A stretch of 64,000 bases of DNA from an uncultured Hyphomicrobium sp. (GCA_964581475.1 CAZOOS010000001.1:3991-67990), one strand, 5' to 3'; numbered from the stretch's first letter, positions 20,446-30,779 are shown. Notes: a model not told the origin generated them from the sequence alone. Program-made: numbers and translations.

Positions 20446-22476
20446 ATGCGGATCATCCACCTTGTCAACCATTGCGTTCATGGCGGCAACGTCATCGTAC
20501 CCGTCGATCTGGCCTGCCAGCAGGCGCGCGACGGGCACGATGTCGTCTACGCGAGTGCCGGCGGCCGCTACGAGGAGCTTCTTGAGCGCTGTGGTGTCCG
20601 GCACCTGCATCTGCCGCAGAGTCTACGGAACCCGGTCACCGCGGCGCACAGCATAAGAAGCTTGCATTCGTTTTGTCGCAGCTTCCAACCCACGCTGTTG
20701 CATGCCCATATGATGTCGGGAGCCGTGGCCGGCTATGTGACCTCGCGCGCTCTCGGTGTGCCACTTGTGACGACGGTTCACAATTCCTTCGACCGCCATT
20801 CTCGGCTGATGCGGCTTGGCGATCACGTGGTCGCCGTCAGCGAGGCGGAGCAACGCCGGCTCCTGGCCCAGGGCTACAGCGGGGAGCGGCTGCATGTCGT
20901 CCACAACGGAACCATCGGTTCGCCACGCGACGAGCGGCAGAGCTCGCATCATCACGTCGTTATCGAGCGCCCATGCATTGCCACCGTGTGCGGGCTTGAG
21001 AAGCGCAAGGCCGTCGACGACCTCATTGAAGCTTTTCGCCTGGTTGCGGAGCGCGCTCCGAACTGGCACCTCTACGTCGCCGGCGATGGACCAGAGCGCG
21101 CGGCGCTCGAGAAGCTTGCCAAAGACGCCGGCCTCACGAGCCGCATCCACTTCCTCGGCTATGTCGACAACCCAAAGCCGGTCTTTGATAGCGCCGACAT
21201 CTTCGCCCTAGCCTCGCATGCCGAGCCATTCGGGTTGAGTATCGCGGAGGCGCGCCACGCTGGCTGCGCGGTTGTCTGCACCAACGTTGGCGGCATACCC
21301 GAGCTCTTGGAATTCGGCGCGGCCGGGGCGTTGGTCGAGCCGGGCAATCCGGCGGCGCTGGCGGCAGAGCTCGGTGCGCTCATGACAAGCCCGCGTGCCC
21401 TTCAGGCGGCAAGGCAGAGGGCCAAATGCAATTCGCAGCGCTTCAACGTCAGCCGCGTCGCAAGCGACTATATGCGTGTCTATGAGATTGCCGTCCGGCA
21501 GCGGCGGCCCACCGCATCGGGGGCAATCGTCAGCAGGCTTTCCCCGTCGAGTGATGTCGCTTCGGGCGATCAAGTTGGGGATGGGGATGACCGGCGACGA
21601 TTGCGTCTGGCCGTCGGCATCGCGTCGTTGGGACGACCGGCGGTGCTGGCGCAGACGCTACAGCGGCTCAGATTACAGTCTCGCGCCCCCGATTATGTTG
21701 TGGTTTGCGCCCCTGATAGCTGCGACCTGCAGGGCGCGGCCCAAGCCTATCCTGGGGTGACGGCACTGGCGGGACCGCGCGGACTTGCCTGTCAGCGCAA
21801 CGCCATACTGCGTGACGTGCAGGCATATGACGTCCTGGTGTTCTTCGATGACGACTTCGTCGCCAGCCCCGACTATCTGCAAAATGTCGAAGCGATCATG
21901 CTCGACCACGCAGATGTTGTCATGACCACCGGCCGGCTGATCGAGGACGGCATCCTCGGCCCGGGTCTCACCTTCGATGCGGCCGATTGGCTGGTACTGG
22001 GGACGAGCTCAGGTTCCGCTTCGTTCGGCAGGATAAGGGACGTCTACAACGGCTACGGCTGCAATATGAGCATGCGCATCGCTCCGGTGATCGCTCACGA
22101 GCTCACCTTCGACGAGCGGTTGGCCCTGTATGGGTGGCTGGAGGATGTCGATTTCAGCAGGCAGCTTGCGCGCTTCGGTCGCGTCGTTTCCACGGAAGCG
22201 ACACGCGGCGTGCACCTCGGTGTGAAGCAGGGACGCCAGTCGGGGCTGAAGCTCGGCTACTCGCAGGTTGCCAACCCGCTCTATCTTATCGGCAAAGGCA
22301 CGATGAGCCCCGCGAGAGCGCTCACGCTGATTGCCCGCAATCTCGCTGCCAACACCGTCCGCAGCCTGCGCGCGGAACCCTGGGTCGATCGGCGCGGACG
22401 CCTTTTCGGTAATATCCGCGCGATGTTTGATCTCCTCATGGGGCGGCTCGACCCCGGCCGCATTCAAGTCATGTGA
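20446..22476 (+). CDS. Two-domain glycosyltransferase (GT4 + GT2)
   Basis: GT4 motifs HAHM, TTVH, EPFGLSIAEA; GT2 motifs FFDDDF, YGCNMS, YGWLEDVD. Confidence 0.88.
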   Translation: MRIIHLVNHCVHGGNVIVPVDLACQQARDGHDVVYASAGGRYEELLERCGVRHLHLPQSLRNPVTAAHSIRSLHSFCRSFQPTLLHAHMMSGAVAGYVTSRALGVPLVTTVHNSFDRHSRLMRLGDHVVAVSEAEQRRLLAQGYSGERLHVVHNGTIGSPRDERQSSHHHVVIERPCIATVCGLEKRKAVDDLIEAFRLVAERAPNWHLYVAGDGPERAALEKLAKDAGLTSRIHFLGYVDNPKPVFDSADIFALASHAEPFGLSIAEARHAGCAVVCTNVGGIPELLEFGAAGALVEPGNPAALAAELGALMTSPRALQAARQRAKCNSQRFNVSRVASDYMRVYEIAVRQRRPTASGAIVSRLSPSSDVASGDQVGDGDDRRRLRLAVGIASLGRPAVLAQTLQRLRLQSRAPDYVVVCAPDSCDLQGAAQAYPGVTALAGPRGLACQRNAILRDVQAYDVLVFFDDDFVASPDYLQNVEAIMLDHADVVMTTGRLIEDGILGPGLTFDAADWLVLGTSSGSASFGRIRDVYNGYGCNMSMRIAPVIAHELTFDERLALYGWLEDVDFSRQLARFGRVVSTEATRGVHLGVKQGRQSGLKLGYSQVANPLYLIGKGTMSPARALTLIARNLAANTVRSLRAEPWVDRRGRLFGNIRAMFDLLMGRLDPGRIQVM

Positions 22477-22531
22477 CCCTGTTGTCCGCGGCGCTCGCAA
22501 GTCGCTTTGCTCCGGCGCGGGCGTTTGATCG

Positions 22532-23968
22532 TCAATAGGCAGGGGCGCCGACGGGCCCGTCGCACCATGGTCTCGGGACCCGCGCGGCTGGGGCAGCTTC
22601 CTGCGCAAGCAGTCTGCGGCCTGCCAGCAGCGCCGCAAGCGCGGTGAAGAAGAATATTCCTGGATCAGCATTGCCCGCCGACGTGACGAGCGCGACCATC
22701 GTGGCAAATGCCGCGGCGCGGATGCCCATACACGTTGCCGCCGTCTCCATGAGCTCGGGGGCGGGACGTTTGGCAAACGGGCGCTTGAGCAGCTGCCACG
22801 TGAGCACGGCGAACACGGCCATCCCCAAGGCACCCAACTGCGACAGTACGGCGACGACCCAGCTCGACGCGCGCGAGCTTCCCAAGCCAACACCGAGCCC
22901 ACCGGTGTCGAGGAACGCCATGTAGCTCTTGTAATTCCAATAAAGGCGCTCTGCCGCCGACGCTGACATCGCTTTGTTCACGACTGTGCCCTGGAATAGC
23001 TGCTCGATCGGATCGAGTGCGTGATCGGTCACTATTGCGATCGCCAGAACGGCTAGGACAGCAGCGGCGGCGCAGGCCAGAACCCAGAGATCGCGCGACC
23101 GCAGCCGGCAGCGCATTGCATCGAGGATGAGCGTGGCGAGAAAGATCGATGTCAGCACCGTCAAGACGATGTATCCCGTCGACGAGGTCGACAGCAGCAG
23201 AAGGGCTAGGAGGATCAGGGTCAGCACAAAGGCCGGCCGCGAACCCGTCGCTCTCCAATAGCTGAAGGTGAATGCGAACCCCGTGGCTGTTGCAGCCGCG
23301 CACGTCGATGCCTCTGGGTAGGCACCCACGATGCGCCAGATCCCTTCGGCCCGCACATCGGACAACATTGAATATCCAGCCGTGCGGAGAAAACCGAGGA
23401 CGTCGCCGTCGCCGACAAGCTTACCGCAGAGGTCCACTATGCAGAGGCCGGCATGCACCCCCGCGAAGGTGAACATCGCGATCTTCAGGACGCGGAAGTA
23501 GGCGGGGTTCAGCAGCAGCACGCTAAAGGCGAAGAAGCAAAGCGCGTTGGCGATGAAGTAGCAGCTCTGGTTGATGTTTCCGGAGACCGGGACGAGCGGA
23601 ACTTCAATGATCTTGCCGTCGCCCGGCACGAAGACGGTTGTCTGCCCCTCGAAGAGGCGTGGCAGTATGAGCGCACCGGCGAGGACGTAGATGACGAGGA
23701 ACGAGACCAGGGCGGCAACCCATTGATCGGCAAGAATCGTACGCAACCCGTCCAACGCCGACTTTCGCCCCAATGTGGTTACGATGAGCAGGCCGGCGAG
23801 CGGCGTGAAGAGCAGCAGCGACGAGCCGCCCATCGCTGTTAAAGTGGCGATGGCGGTTGCCCCGAAGGGTAGGGAAGCAAAGAGTGCCACAGTAACCGTC
23901 GACCGTGCGAAGTAACCCGCAAGGAGTAGGACGCTCAGCAATGCGACGGCGACTGGTTCAATCTGCAT
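22532..23968 (-). CDS. Multi-pass membrane protein, probable Wzy polymerase/O-antigen ligase-like
   Basis: Many TM segments; YPEAS, LSTSSTG, GVGLGSSRASS. Only polymerase candidate in the locus. Confidence 0.7.
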   Translation of the reverse strand: MQIEPVAVALLSVLLLAGYFARSTVTVALFASLPFGATAIATLTAMGGSSLLLFTPLAGLLIVTTLGRKSALDGLRTILADQWVAALVSFLVIYVLAGALILPRLFEGQTTVFVPGDGKIIEVPLVPVSGNINQSCYFIANALCFFAFSVLLLNPAYFRVLKIAMFTFAGVHAGLCIVDLCGKLVGDGDVLGFLRTAGYSMLSDVRAEGIWRIVGAYPEASTCAAATATGFAFTFSYWRATGSRPAFVLTLILLALLLLSTSSTGYIVLTVLTSIFLATLILDAMRCRLRSRDLWVLACAAAAVLAVLAIAIVTDHALDPIEQLFQGTVVNKAMSASAAERLYWNYKSYMAFLDTGGLGVGLGSSRASSWVVAVLSQLGALGMAVFAVLTWQLLKRPFAKRPAPELMETAATCMGIRAAAFATMVALVTSAGNADPGIFFFTALAALLAGRRLLAQEAAPAARVPRPWCDGPVGAPAY

Positions 23969-24100
23969 TGCGCTTAGCTTGCGAATCCGTTTGCCTGCCT
24001 CAAGACCGCGCGGTGGTGGCCCGCTAGCGGTTCGCATTTCCCACGGCAATCTTCGCCCTGGAGCAAAGCCAGGTTTCTATTCGAGATTGGTAGGAGCGCA

Positions 24101-24334
24101 CTGCTGAACTTAGTCTGGGCTAGCTTAGTCGCGGCGATTGCAGGGCTGGTCATCGGCCTGCGCTTTCGCGCGCCCGCGCTATTGGCCGGGGCCGCGGTTC
24201 TTACCTGCGGAACAATCAGCGTGGCCCTCCACTTCGATTGGTCATTCCTGCGCACGATCACTGTCGTACTCCTGCTTCTGGCCGTGCATCAGGTCGCGTA
24301 TCTGATTGGGCTCCTTGCATCTTCTCGTCGCTGA
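24101..24334 (+). CDS. Small hydrophobic membrane protein (77 aa, CTG start), ExoX/SyrA-like
   Basis: AGGAG RBS then CTG; (M)LNLVWASLVAAIAGLVIGLRFRAPALL...VHQVAYLIGLLASSRR. Fills the gap between genes; missed by the ORF track. Confidence 0.65.
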   Translation: MLNLVWASLVAAIAGLVIGLRFRAPALLAGAAVLTCGTISVALHFDWSFLRTITVVLLLLAVHQVAYLIGLLASSRR

Positions 24335-24359
24335 GGGCTTGACCACCTGGGCTATGGGG

Positions 24360-25196
24360 CTAGGTCGTATCGTCGAACTGCATGACGGCGGGAATGGTCC
24401 TGGCGAGAAGCCACAGATCGAGCCAGAAGGACCAGCGGCGTACATACCAGCGGTCGAGACAAATACGCTTCTGGTATCCAATTCTGTTGCGTCCGCTAAC
24501 CTGCCAAGCTCCGGTGAGGCCAGGCCGGGCCCTCACGTAGTCCTTCCAGTAGTGGCCGTAGCGGACAATCTCCTGCTCGACGATCGGCCGTGGGCCAACG
24601 CAGCTCATGTTTCCTTGGAGAACGCTGATGAGCTGCGGCAACTCGTCGATACTCGACTGCCGCAGGAGGCGCCCGAGCGCGGTAATCCGCGGATCGCGCC
24701 GTAGCTTCTGACGGGCAAGCCACTCCCTTGCAGCATCGGGATTCTGCTCAAGGTATTGGTCCAGTGTCGCCTCAGCGTTGCTCACCATGGTACGGAACTT
24801 GAAACACGGGAACGAAGCGCCGCCAAACCCTATGCGCCGCTGAGAAAAGAAGATGGGCCGCCCCATCGTCACGTAGATAAGAAGCATGACGATCAGCATG
24901 AGCGGTGCGAGGAGAACCAAAGCCGTTGACGCTGTAGCGATGTCCAGCAAGCGCTTCGTCAGGCCGCCGAGCGCGTAGCGAGATCCCTCTTCGAGCTTAC
25001 CTTGCGCGTAGCGGGGGATGAACTCGATATCCGTCAGCCTCTGGCGAGATTCCTTCGGCCGTAGAAACAGGCGCGGGTCCGAAGCGATCACAGCGTCGAA
25101 TGCGGCGCGGGCGCGCTCTAGCTCACGCCCGGCGGCTTCACAATCGCCATCGTGCGGGGGCAGCTCAAAGGCGTTCGATAGAGTTTCGCTGGACAC
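24360..25196 (-). CDS. Priming undecaprenyl-phosphate glycosylphosphotransferase (ExoY/WbaP C-terminal type; alternative start 25238)
   Basis: KRLLDI, FKFRTM, DPRIT, SIDELPQL, SCVGPRP, RPGLTGAWQVSGRN. Confidence 0.92.
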   Translation of the reverse strand: MSSETLSNAFELPPHDGDCEAAGRELERARAAFDAVIASDPRLFLRPKESRQRLTDIEFIPRYAQGKLEEGSRYALGGLTKRLLDIATASTALVLLAPLMLIVMLLIYVTMGRPIFFSQRRIGFGGASFPCFKFRTMVSNAEATLDQYLEQNPDAAREWLARQKLRRDPRITALGRLLRQSSIDELPQLISVLQGNMSCVGPRPIVEQEIVRYGHYWKDYVRARPGLTGAWQVSGRNRIGYQKRICLDRWYVRRWSFWLDLWLLARTIPAVMQFDDTT

Positions 25197-25404
25197 GACG
25201 CATACCTCACCGAGCCTGACTTTTCCCCCACGGCCCAACGCTTACAAGACGCGCAAAATTGGTAGGCGCGTACGGCCGAAGGGATATCCCTCAACTTGCG
25301 CAGCGATAGGAGCGCGCACGGGCGTTGCTCCAAGCGGGCGTAAGCCCCGGTGCCCAGAAGCACCGTCGTTCAGAATGCAATGGAGAAAAGACGAGCGAGC
25401 TGGC

Positions 25405-26154
25405 CTAACCGGCCAGCTCCTCGCCGTTGAGCAGACGGTTCGCCATAAAGGCGACCTCCGTCCGGTTCGTCGCGTGGAGCTTTTTCATGATGTTGCGCAC
25501 GTGCACTTTCACGGTGCTCTCGCGCATTTTCAGCTCGTAGGCGATGATCTTGTTGGCCTTGCCGCGGCGTAGGGCTTCGACCACCGCGGCTTGGCGTGTG
25601 GTGAAAAGACCGTTGCTCTTTGGTGTGGCCGCCGCCGTTTCGGGCGCGCGATGGGCCGCCACCAAACTGCTGGCTGGCACGAACACCCCGCCGGCTCGCG
25701 CCAGATCTATGGCGTGAAGGGCGACGTTTATCGAGAGGCTCGTCGGCACGTACCCGCGGACGTTCTTGCCCAGCATCTGGACGATAATGTCTGGATCCTC
25801 GTTGTCAGACAGAACGACGGCCGGACAATCTCCGATCTGGGGCGAGAGCCGAGTTAGGTGCTCAACCTCCGCAATGGCGTCCACCTTCGAACGCCCGGTC
25901 TGGCAGAGCACCACGAGTGACGGGTGCATCCGCTGTCCGACTGCTACCCACTCGTCGAGCGTGGAGTAGCACTCGACCGCCACGCCGCGTTCATGATTAA
26001 GGACTCGGGCGAGGCACTCCCTGGACAGGAGATGCATATCGACAATAACGATTAGCGGTGTTTGGCCTCGAGACGCGGAGCCCACCAAATTTGCCTTAGG
26101 TTCAACGTCGCCTTGGCCCAATACGTCCTGCATTTGCTGGCTAGGTGCACGCAT
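25405..26154 (-). CDS. LuxR/NarL-family regulator with degenerate receiver domain
   Basis: C-terminal FTTRQ..V..LRRGKANKIIAYEL..ESTVKVHVRNIMKKL helix-turn-helix. Confidence 0.9.
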   Translation of the reverse strand: MRAPSQQMQDVLGQGDVEPKANLVGSASRGQTPLIVIVDMHLLSRECLARVLNHERGVAVECYSTLDEWVAVGQRMHPSLVVLCQTGRSKVDAIAEVEHLTRLSPQIGDCPAVVLSDNEDPDIIVQMLGKNVRGYVPTSLSINVALHAIDLARAGGVFVPASSLVAAHRAPETAAATPKSNGLFTTRQAAVVEALRRGKANKIIAYELKMRESTVKVHVRNIMKKLHATNRTEVAFMANRLLNGEELAG

Positions 26155-26398
26155 CGTTCGATCCAATCTAATGGACTCAACCCTCAGTCAATCCCCCGAC
26201 GACGTCTCCATTCAAAGCATGTTTTTACAACATCTTAGCTATGCAACTTAACGTAATTCGTCATTCGTTCGCTTGCAATCCAAAAGCTCTGTCGTCGTCG
26301 TACTTCTTTGGGAGGATGTCAGTTTGGCCACGTTGCGGTGCGGGATGTCGTAGAGGGCGCCATGCTGCCCAACCCAGCACCAACTGGGGCGGCGCCGT

Positions 26399-27502
26399 TC
26401 AGTGAGTTTCGGAGCGGGCGACGGGTTTGCCGGCGTTGTCGGACGCGGCCAGTCCGGGCTCGTTACCTTCAACAAAGCGCACTTCGGGGTAAGGCGAGTG
26501 CCGCACGCACATAAGCGGATGCGGAGACGAGCCGAGATACGTTTTGAAGAATGCAACGGTGTAGGCGTCGATGATGGCGCGAACGCGCAGGCCCACGGAG
26601 CGCCTCGCACCGCGTGCAAACCTCACGGTAGTCACCAATCGATCGCTAAAGTGCTCGCGGCGTGCACCGACAATCTCGATGATGTGGCTGGTTGGCAAAG
26701 ACGCCTGCATCCTCGCGCCGTTGCCGGTTGGTCGGGAAGAGGTTTGCTTCGCCTCACTATCTCTATCGCCACACGAATGCTGGTCCGCGTTCTTTGCAGC
26801 GGAGTCGCTGCGCATAAGAAGGTAAGGCACCTTCACGAGGGGGCCGTCGGCGCCGGGTCCGTCGAGGCTGCCCGCAACGACGTAGCGCCCATCGACCGCG
26901 CTCGTCGCTGCCGCGACGGTGCCGCCCAGGGCGTAACCTAGGATGCCCGCACGCTTGAGATCGAATCGTCCCGCCCAGGTGCCCACCGCACTTTTGGAGT
27001 TCAACTGGTCGAGCGCGTCGAGGAGCTCTGAAGCAGCAATAACCCCTGAGCGAATTCGGTGATCTGCAAAGTTCGCAACCGATTCGTCCTCACTGACGAG
27101 CGCTTGCTGACGCTGCCTGCTGTCATTGACGAATGGATTTTGTAATGCTGCGAGGATGAAGCCGTGGCTGGCGAGGTTGGCCAACGTGTACGTGTTGTCC
27201 TGACGGCCGCCAGGCGCATCCGGCACGTAGGTAATGAAAGGAAACACGCTCTGCGCGGAGGGCAGTTGCGCGCGGTAGCGTGCTGGTGCCCAGGTTGGGT
27301 GCCGTAAGCGCGAGTACAATGTGAGCAGCCGGTCGCCTACCGTCGGGGCGCCCTCCGTCGGGTACCAGAGCTGAATGGTAAGGTAGCGTCCGACGGCGCC
27401 GGCAATGCGCAGGCGCGCGCGAAGCCTGCCGACATCGTGCGGCCCCGTGGGCTGCACAATGGCGGAAGGAAAGATCGCATAATAGTTCAGCACTTGCTGC
27501 AT
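26399..27502 (-). CDS. Alpha/beta-hydrolase fold protein (PAF-acetylhydrolase-like) lacking the nucleophile Ser
   Basis: QPTGPHDVG, IQLWYP, NLASHGF, G-Y-A-L-G, SLDG. Confidence 0.7.
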   Translation of the reverse strand: MQQVLNYYAIFPSAIVQPTGPHDVGRLRARLRIAGAVGRYLTIQLWYPTEGAPTVGDRLLTLYSRLRHPTWAPARYRAQLPSAQSVFPFITYVPDAPGGRQDNTYTLANLASHGFILAALQNPFVNDSRQRQQALVSEDESVANFADHRIRSGVIAASELLDALDQLNSKSAVGTWAGRFDLKRAGILGYALGGTVAAATSAVDGRYVVAGSLDGPGADGPLVKVPYLLMRSDSAAKNADQHSCGDRDSEAKQTSSRPTGNGARMQASLPTSHIIEIVGARREHFSDRLVTTVRFARGARRSVGLRVRAIIDAYTVAFFKTYLGSSPHPLMCVRHSPYPEVRFVEGNEPGLAASDNAGKPVARSETH

Positions 27503-27565
27503 GGTGGTCGCTGGCGATGGACCGGCAAACAGCAGATCCCGGTTGTAACTCGGCCGCTGACAGTT

Positions 27566-28870
27566 TTAGCTTCGTGCATCGGCGGACGCCGCATGGGTTG
27601 CATTCGATGGGTCGACGTCGGATTGGAGGACCCTTCTCCAGTCGAGGGGCCGCTCTGCACCGGCGTAGTTATCGTGCATGCCTACCGTGGCGGCGAAGGC
27701 TCGTGTAACCTGGCGCGCGAACCGCTGTGGCCCAAAGCGCGCTGCATTCTCGCGGCAAGCGGCGGGAAGAAGAGCCCTGGAATTCTCCTCAAAGCGATCA
27801 ATGGCGTCGATGACAGCCGCCGTCGATTGCTGGCGAAAGAAAACGCCCGTCGGCCTCTGGTGGAGTCCAAGCGGGCGCACGATGTCGGTTGCGCCACCGC
27901 GACCAAAGGCTATCAGGGGCGTGCCGCTGCCTTGCGCCTCGACAAGCGCAATTCCGAAATCTTCGCACCCGGCGAAGACCATCGCACGCGCTCGGGCGAC
28001 GACATCGAGGTATTCGGCGCGCGGCAGAAAGCCGGCGAAGGTCACGTTGGGTCCGGCGAGTTTACGCAGGCCGCGCATTTGCTGCCCGTCGCCAACCACG
28101 ACCAAGCGCCTCTTAGGCATCGCGGCAAATGCCTGGATGACGAGGTCCGTCCGCTTGTAAGGGGCGAGAAACGACGCCGTCACATAGTAGTCGTCCTTAT
28201 CGGCTGAGAACTGCAGTTCGTCGATCGGAACCGGCGGAAAGACGACCTCCGATTTGCGCCCGTACACGCGCTTTATGCGGCACTGCACATAGCTCGAGTT
28301 GGCCAACATGAGATCGGGCCCGTTGGCCGTTCGCACGTCCCAGGTCCGCAGCTTGTGAGCGCAGTAGCGGAACAGCAACCCCTTGGGTCCATACCCGAGG
28401 CGGCCCTGCTTGAGATAGGAGAACTGCTCGTCCCAGGCGTACCTGATCGGACTATGAACGTAGCAGAGATGCGGCTGATCAGGCCGCGTCAGCACACCGC
28501 GCGCGAACGCGGCGGAGGAGGTGATCACGGCATCGAAGTCCGTGACGTCGAACTGCTCGATCAAGATTGGGCAGATCGGGAACAGAGACCGGTAGAACTT
28601 GTCCACCATCGGCAGCCGGTTGGCTATCGAGGTGTGAAAGGTGACGCCGGGAAAATGCTCTTGCTTCACTTGATCTGAGAGGAAGTCGAATAACGTGAAG
28701 ACCTCCGCCCCGGGAAAGATCCTGCACAACTCCGCGAGCACTCGCTCGCCGCCGCGGAAATCGGGGCACCAATCGTGCACGATGGCGATGCGTTTAGGCA
28801 GCCAGCTCGCATCAGGCCCGTCGGACAGGCCACGCAATTGTCGGTGAATGGCGGCCACCTTATACGGCAC
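27566..28870 (-). CDS. Glycosyltransferase family 4 (WbaZ-like)
   Basis: AIVHDW..GGERVL, CYVHSPIRYAWD, ANS, EDFGIALVEAQ. Confidence 0.92.
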   Translation of the reverse strand: MPYKVAAIHRQLRGLSDGPDASWLPKRIAIVHDWCPDFRGGERVLAELCRIFPGAEVFTLFDFLSDQVKQEHFPGVTFHTSIANRLPMVDKFYRSLFPICPILIEQFDVTDFDAVITSSAAFARGVLTRPDQPHLCYVHSPIRYAWDEQFSYLKQGRLGYGPKGLLFRYCAHKLRTWDVRTANGPDLMLANSSYVQCRIKRVYGRKSEVVFPPVPIDELQFSADKDDYYVTASFLAPYKRTDLVIQAFAAMPKRRLVVVGDGQQMRGLRKLAGPNVTFAGFLPRAEYLDVVARARAMVFAGCEDFGIALVEAQGSGTPLIAFGRGGATDIVRPLGLHQRPTGVFFRQQSTAAVIDAIDRFEENSRALLPAACRENAARFGPQRFARQVTRAFAATVGMHDNYAGAERPLDWRRVLQSDVDPSNATHAASADARS

Positions 28871-29234
28871 AGGAGCTCCGGTTCTGTTAGCGCCGCCTAT
28901 AGCGAATTCAGTCGATCTCGGTGCGCCACCGCCGAGCGAGCGATCGTGGAGTATTCGATGTGGGGTTCTTCGCCTTCAAGCCAGACGATCGGTGCTGAAA
29001 TGGTTGCTATGGAGCCGCCCGGCTGAGCGCAAGCGCTGCCTCGGGAGGGTCGCCCTCTTCTTTGTGCGCAAGGGCGGTGCGAAAGGGCGTAGACAGCGTA
29101 CGGCTGATAGGCATGGGCATGGTCACGCCTATTCTTTTGTTGCTGCTTCATTGGCCCCGTAGCCGAACTAGTCTGGTGCCAAAGCTCGCGGCTGCCAGGG
29201 CCATCCGTGCCCGCTAGCGCTGCGCACCTTCGAC

Positions 29235-30605
29235 ATGCAATCTGTTGCGGATGCGAGAATTCCCATGCCGAGATGGATCCATACACTGGCCCTTGCGGCT
29301 CTCGTCAGCTACCTCACACTGCCGACGGTAGGTGTCATCGCGGCAAGCTCCCAAGGGGATCCTGGAACGGAGTACCGCCTCGGGCCCCAGGACAAGATCA
29401 GCATCAAGGTCTACGAGTGGCGTCCGGCACGCGACGAGGTCTACGAGTGGTCGGCCTTCAAGGCCGAGCATACGGTCGATGCCGCCGGCTTCCTGTCACT
29501 GCCATTGATGGGGCAGGTCGCGGTCAAGGGCATGACGACGACCGAGTTAGCGCAGGATATCGGCGACCGCCTGCAACGGCGCATGGGCCTGGTTGAAAGC
29601 CCCGATATCACCGTCGAGCTGGTCCAGTTCCGCCCATTCTACGTGGTCGGCGCGGTCGAAAAGCCCGGCGAATATCCGTATCGGCCGGGGCTCACGGTGC
29701 TCAAGGCATATGCGATCGCCGGCGGCAAGCCGCGCAGTTCCCTCGGTCTCGTGCGCCTGGAGAGGGAAGCGATCGCGACGCGCGGCGAATTGGATGCGCT
29801 TGATCTCGAAGGTCAAAGCTTGCTGATCCGACTTGCCCGGCTGCGGGCGGAGCTGCGCAATGCCTCGGCAATCGAATGGCCCGCGGAGCTGAAGGGGCGG
29901 ATCGAGGCTGGTCCTCTGAACCGTGTGGTTCAGCAGGAGCAACTCGTCTTCGATATGCGCAACGAAGCGTATCGGACGCAGCGAACCGCGCTCGAGCAGC
30001 TCCAGGCCTACCTCGATGCGGAAGTCGGATCGCTGGAGAAGCAGGTTGAGGTACACAAGGCCGAATCCACCTCCGTCAAGACGGAAGCCGAACTGATCGC
30101 GGGTTTGTACAAGAAGGGTCTGGCCATCACGTCGCGCAAGCTAGCGCTCGAGCGCACCGTCGCGCAGGTGGACGGCGATCGCCTGCGGCTGGAGTCGAGC
30201 CTTATGCGCGCCCGGCAGGAGGTCAGCAAGACCAAGATCGCCATCATCGATCTGCAAGCCAAGCGTAGCAGTGACATCTCCGGCGAGATGCAGAAGGCCC
30301 AGGCAAGGTTTGAGGAGCTCCGCTCCCGTTCCGATACCGCACGGAACCTTCTATTTGAGACCGAGAACCTCGCCCCGCAGCTCGTGGCTTCGCACGAGAA
30401 GGCGCAGGACTTACAGCCGCATTTCCAGATCATGCGAGGTGGAAGCCCCGCGAGCATTAGCGTCGCCGAGTCGGCGAACATCGAGCCGGGTGACACCCTT
30501 GTCGTGGAAGCGCCAACACGTAGGGCGATGACACAATCGCCGACGTCCGACGCAAACACTGCAGCGAACGCTGCGGCCGAGGTAATCTCCGAACGGTTAC
30601 GCTAA
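29235..30605 (+). CDS. Polysaccharide export protein (Wza/ExoF-like, long coiled-coil C-terminus)
   Basis: EYRLGPQD, LSLPLMG, RPFYVVGAVEKPGEYPYRPGLTV, IEPGD. Confidence 0.88.
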   Translation: MQSVADARIPMPRWIHTLALAALVSYLTLPTVGVIAASSQGDPGTEYRLGPQDKISIKVYEWRPARDEVYEWSAFKAEHTVDAAGFLSLPLMGQVAVKGMTTTELAQDIGDRLQRRMGLVESPDITVELVQFRPFYVVGAVEKPGEYPYRPGLTVLKAYAIAGGKPRSSLGLVRLEREAIATRGELDALDLEGQSLLIRLARLRAELRNASAIEWPAELKGRIEAGPLNRVVQQEQLVFDMRNEAYRTQRTALEQLQAYLDAEVGSLEKQVEVHKAESTSVKTEAELIAGLYKKGLAITSRKLALERTVAQVDGDRLRLESSLMRARQEVSKTKIAIIDLQAKRSSDISGEMQKAQARFEELRSRSDTARNLLFETENLAPQLVASHEKAQDLQPHFQIMRGGSPASISVAESANIEPGDTLVVEAPTRRAMTQSPTSDANTAANAAAEVISERLR

Positions 30606-30779
30606 TCCCCTCATCGAAAGCCAGTTGCTGCGACGGTGCTTGCTGCGGCCAAGGTTGGTCCGGTTGGGCGAGCCTTGTTCGCGAGGGTGCATCGGCGCGA
30701 AGCGCTTCTGCGGCTCTTGCTCCAGCCCCAACTGCGGGTCCCCTGTGGCGGATGAAGCGCGCCGCAGCGCCAGCCGCGG

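Noticed and set aside
27460-27469. TGGCGGAAGG match to the tRNA-Ser 3' end (possible att site); also CGGAAGGGG near 1261
   Set aside because: Only 9-10 bp, one inside a CDS, and no integrase nearby; expected by chance.
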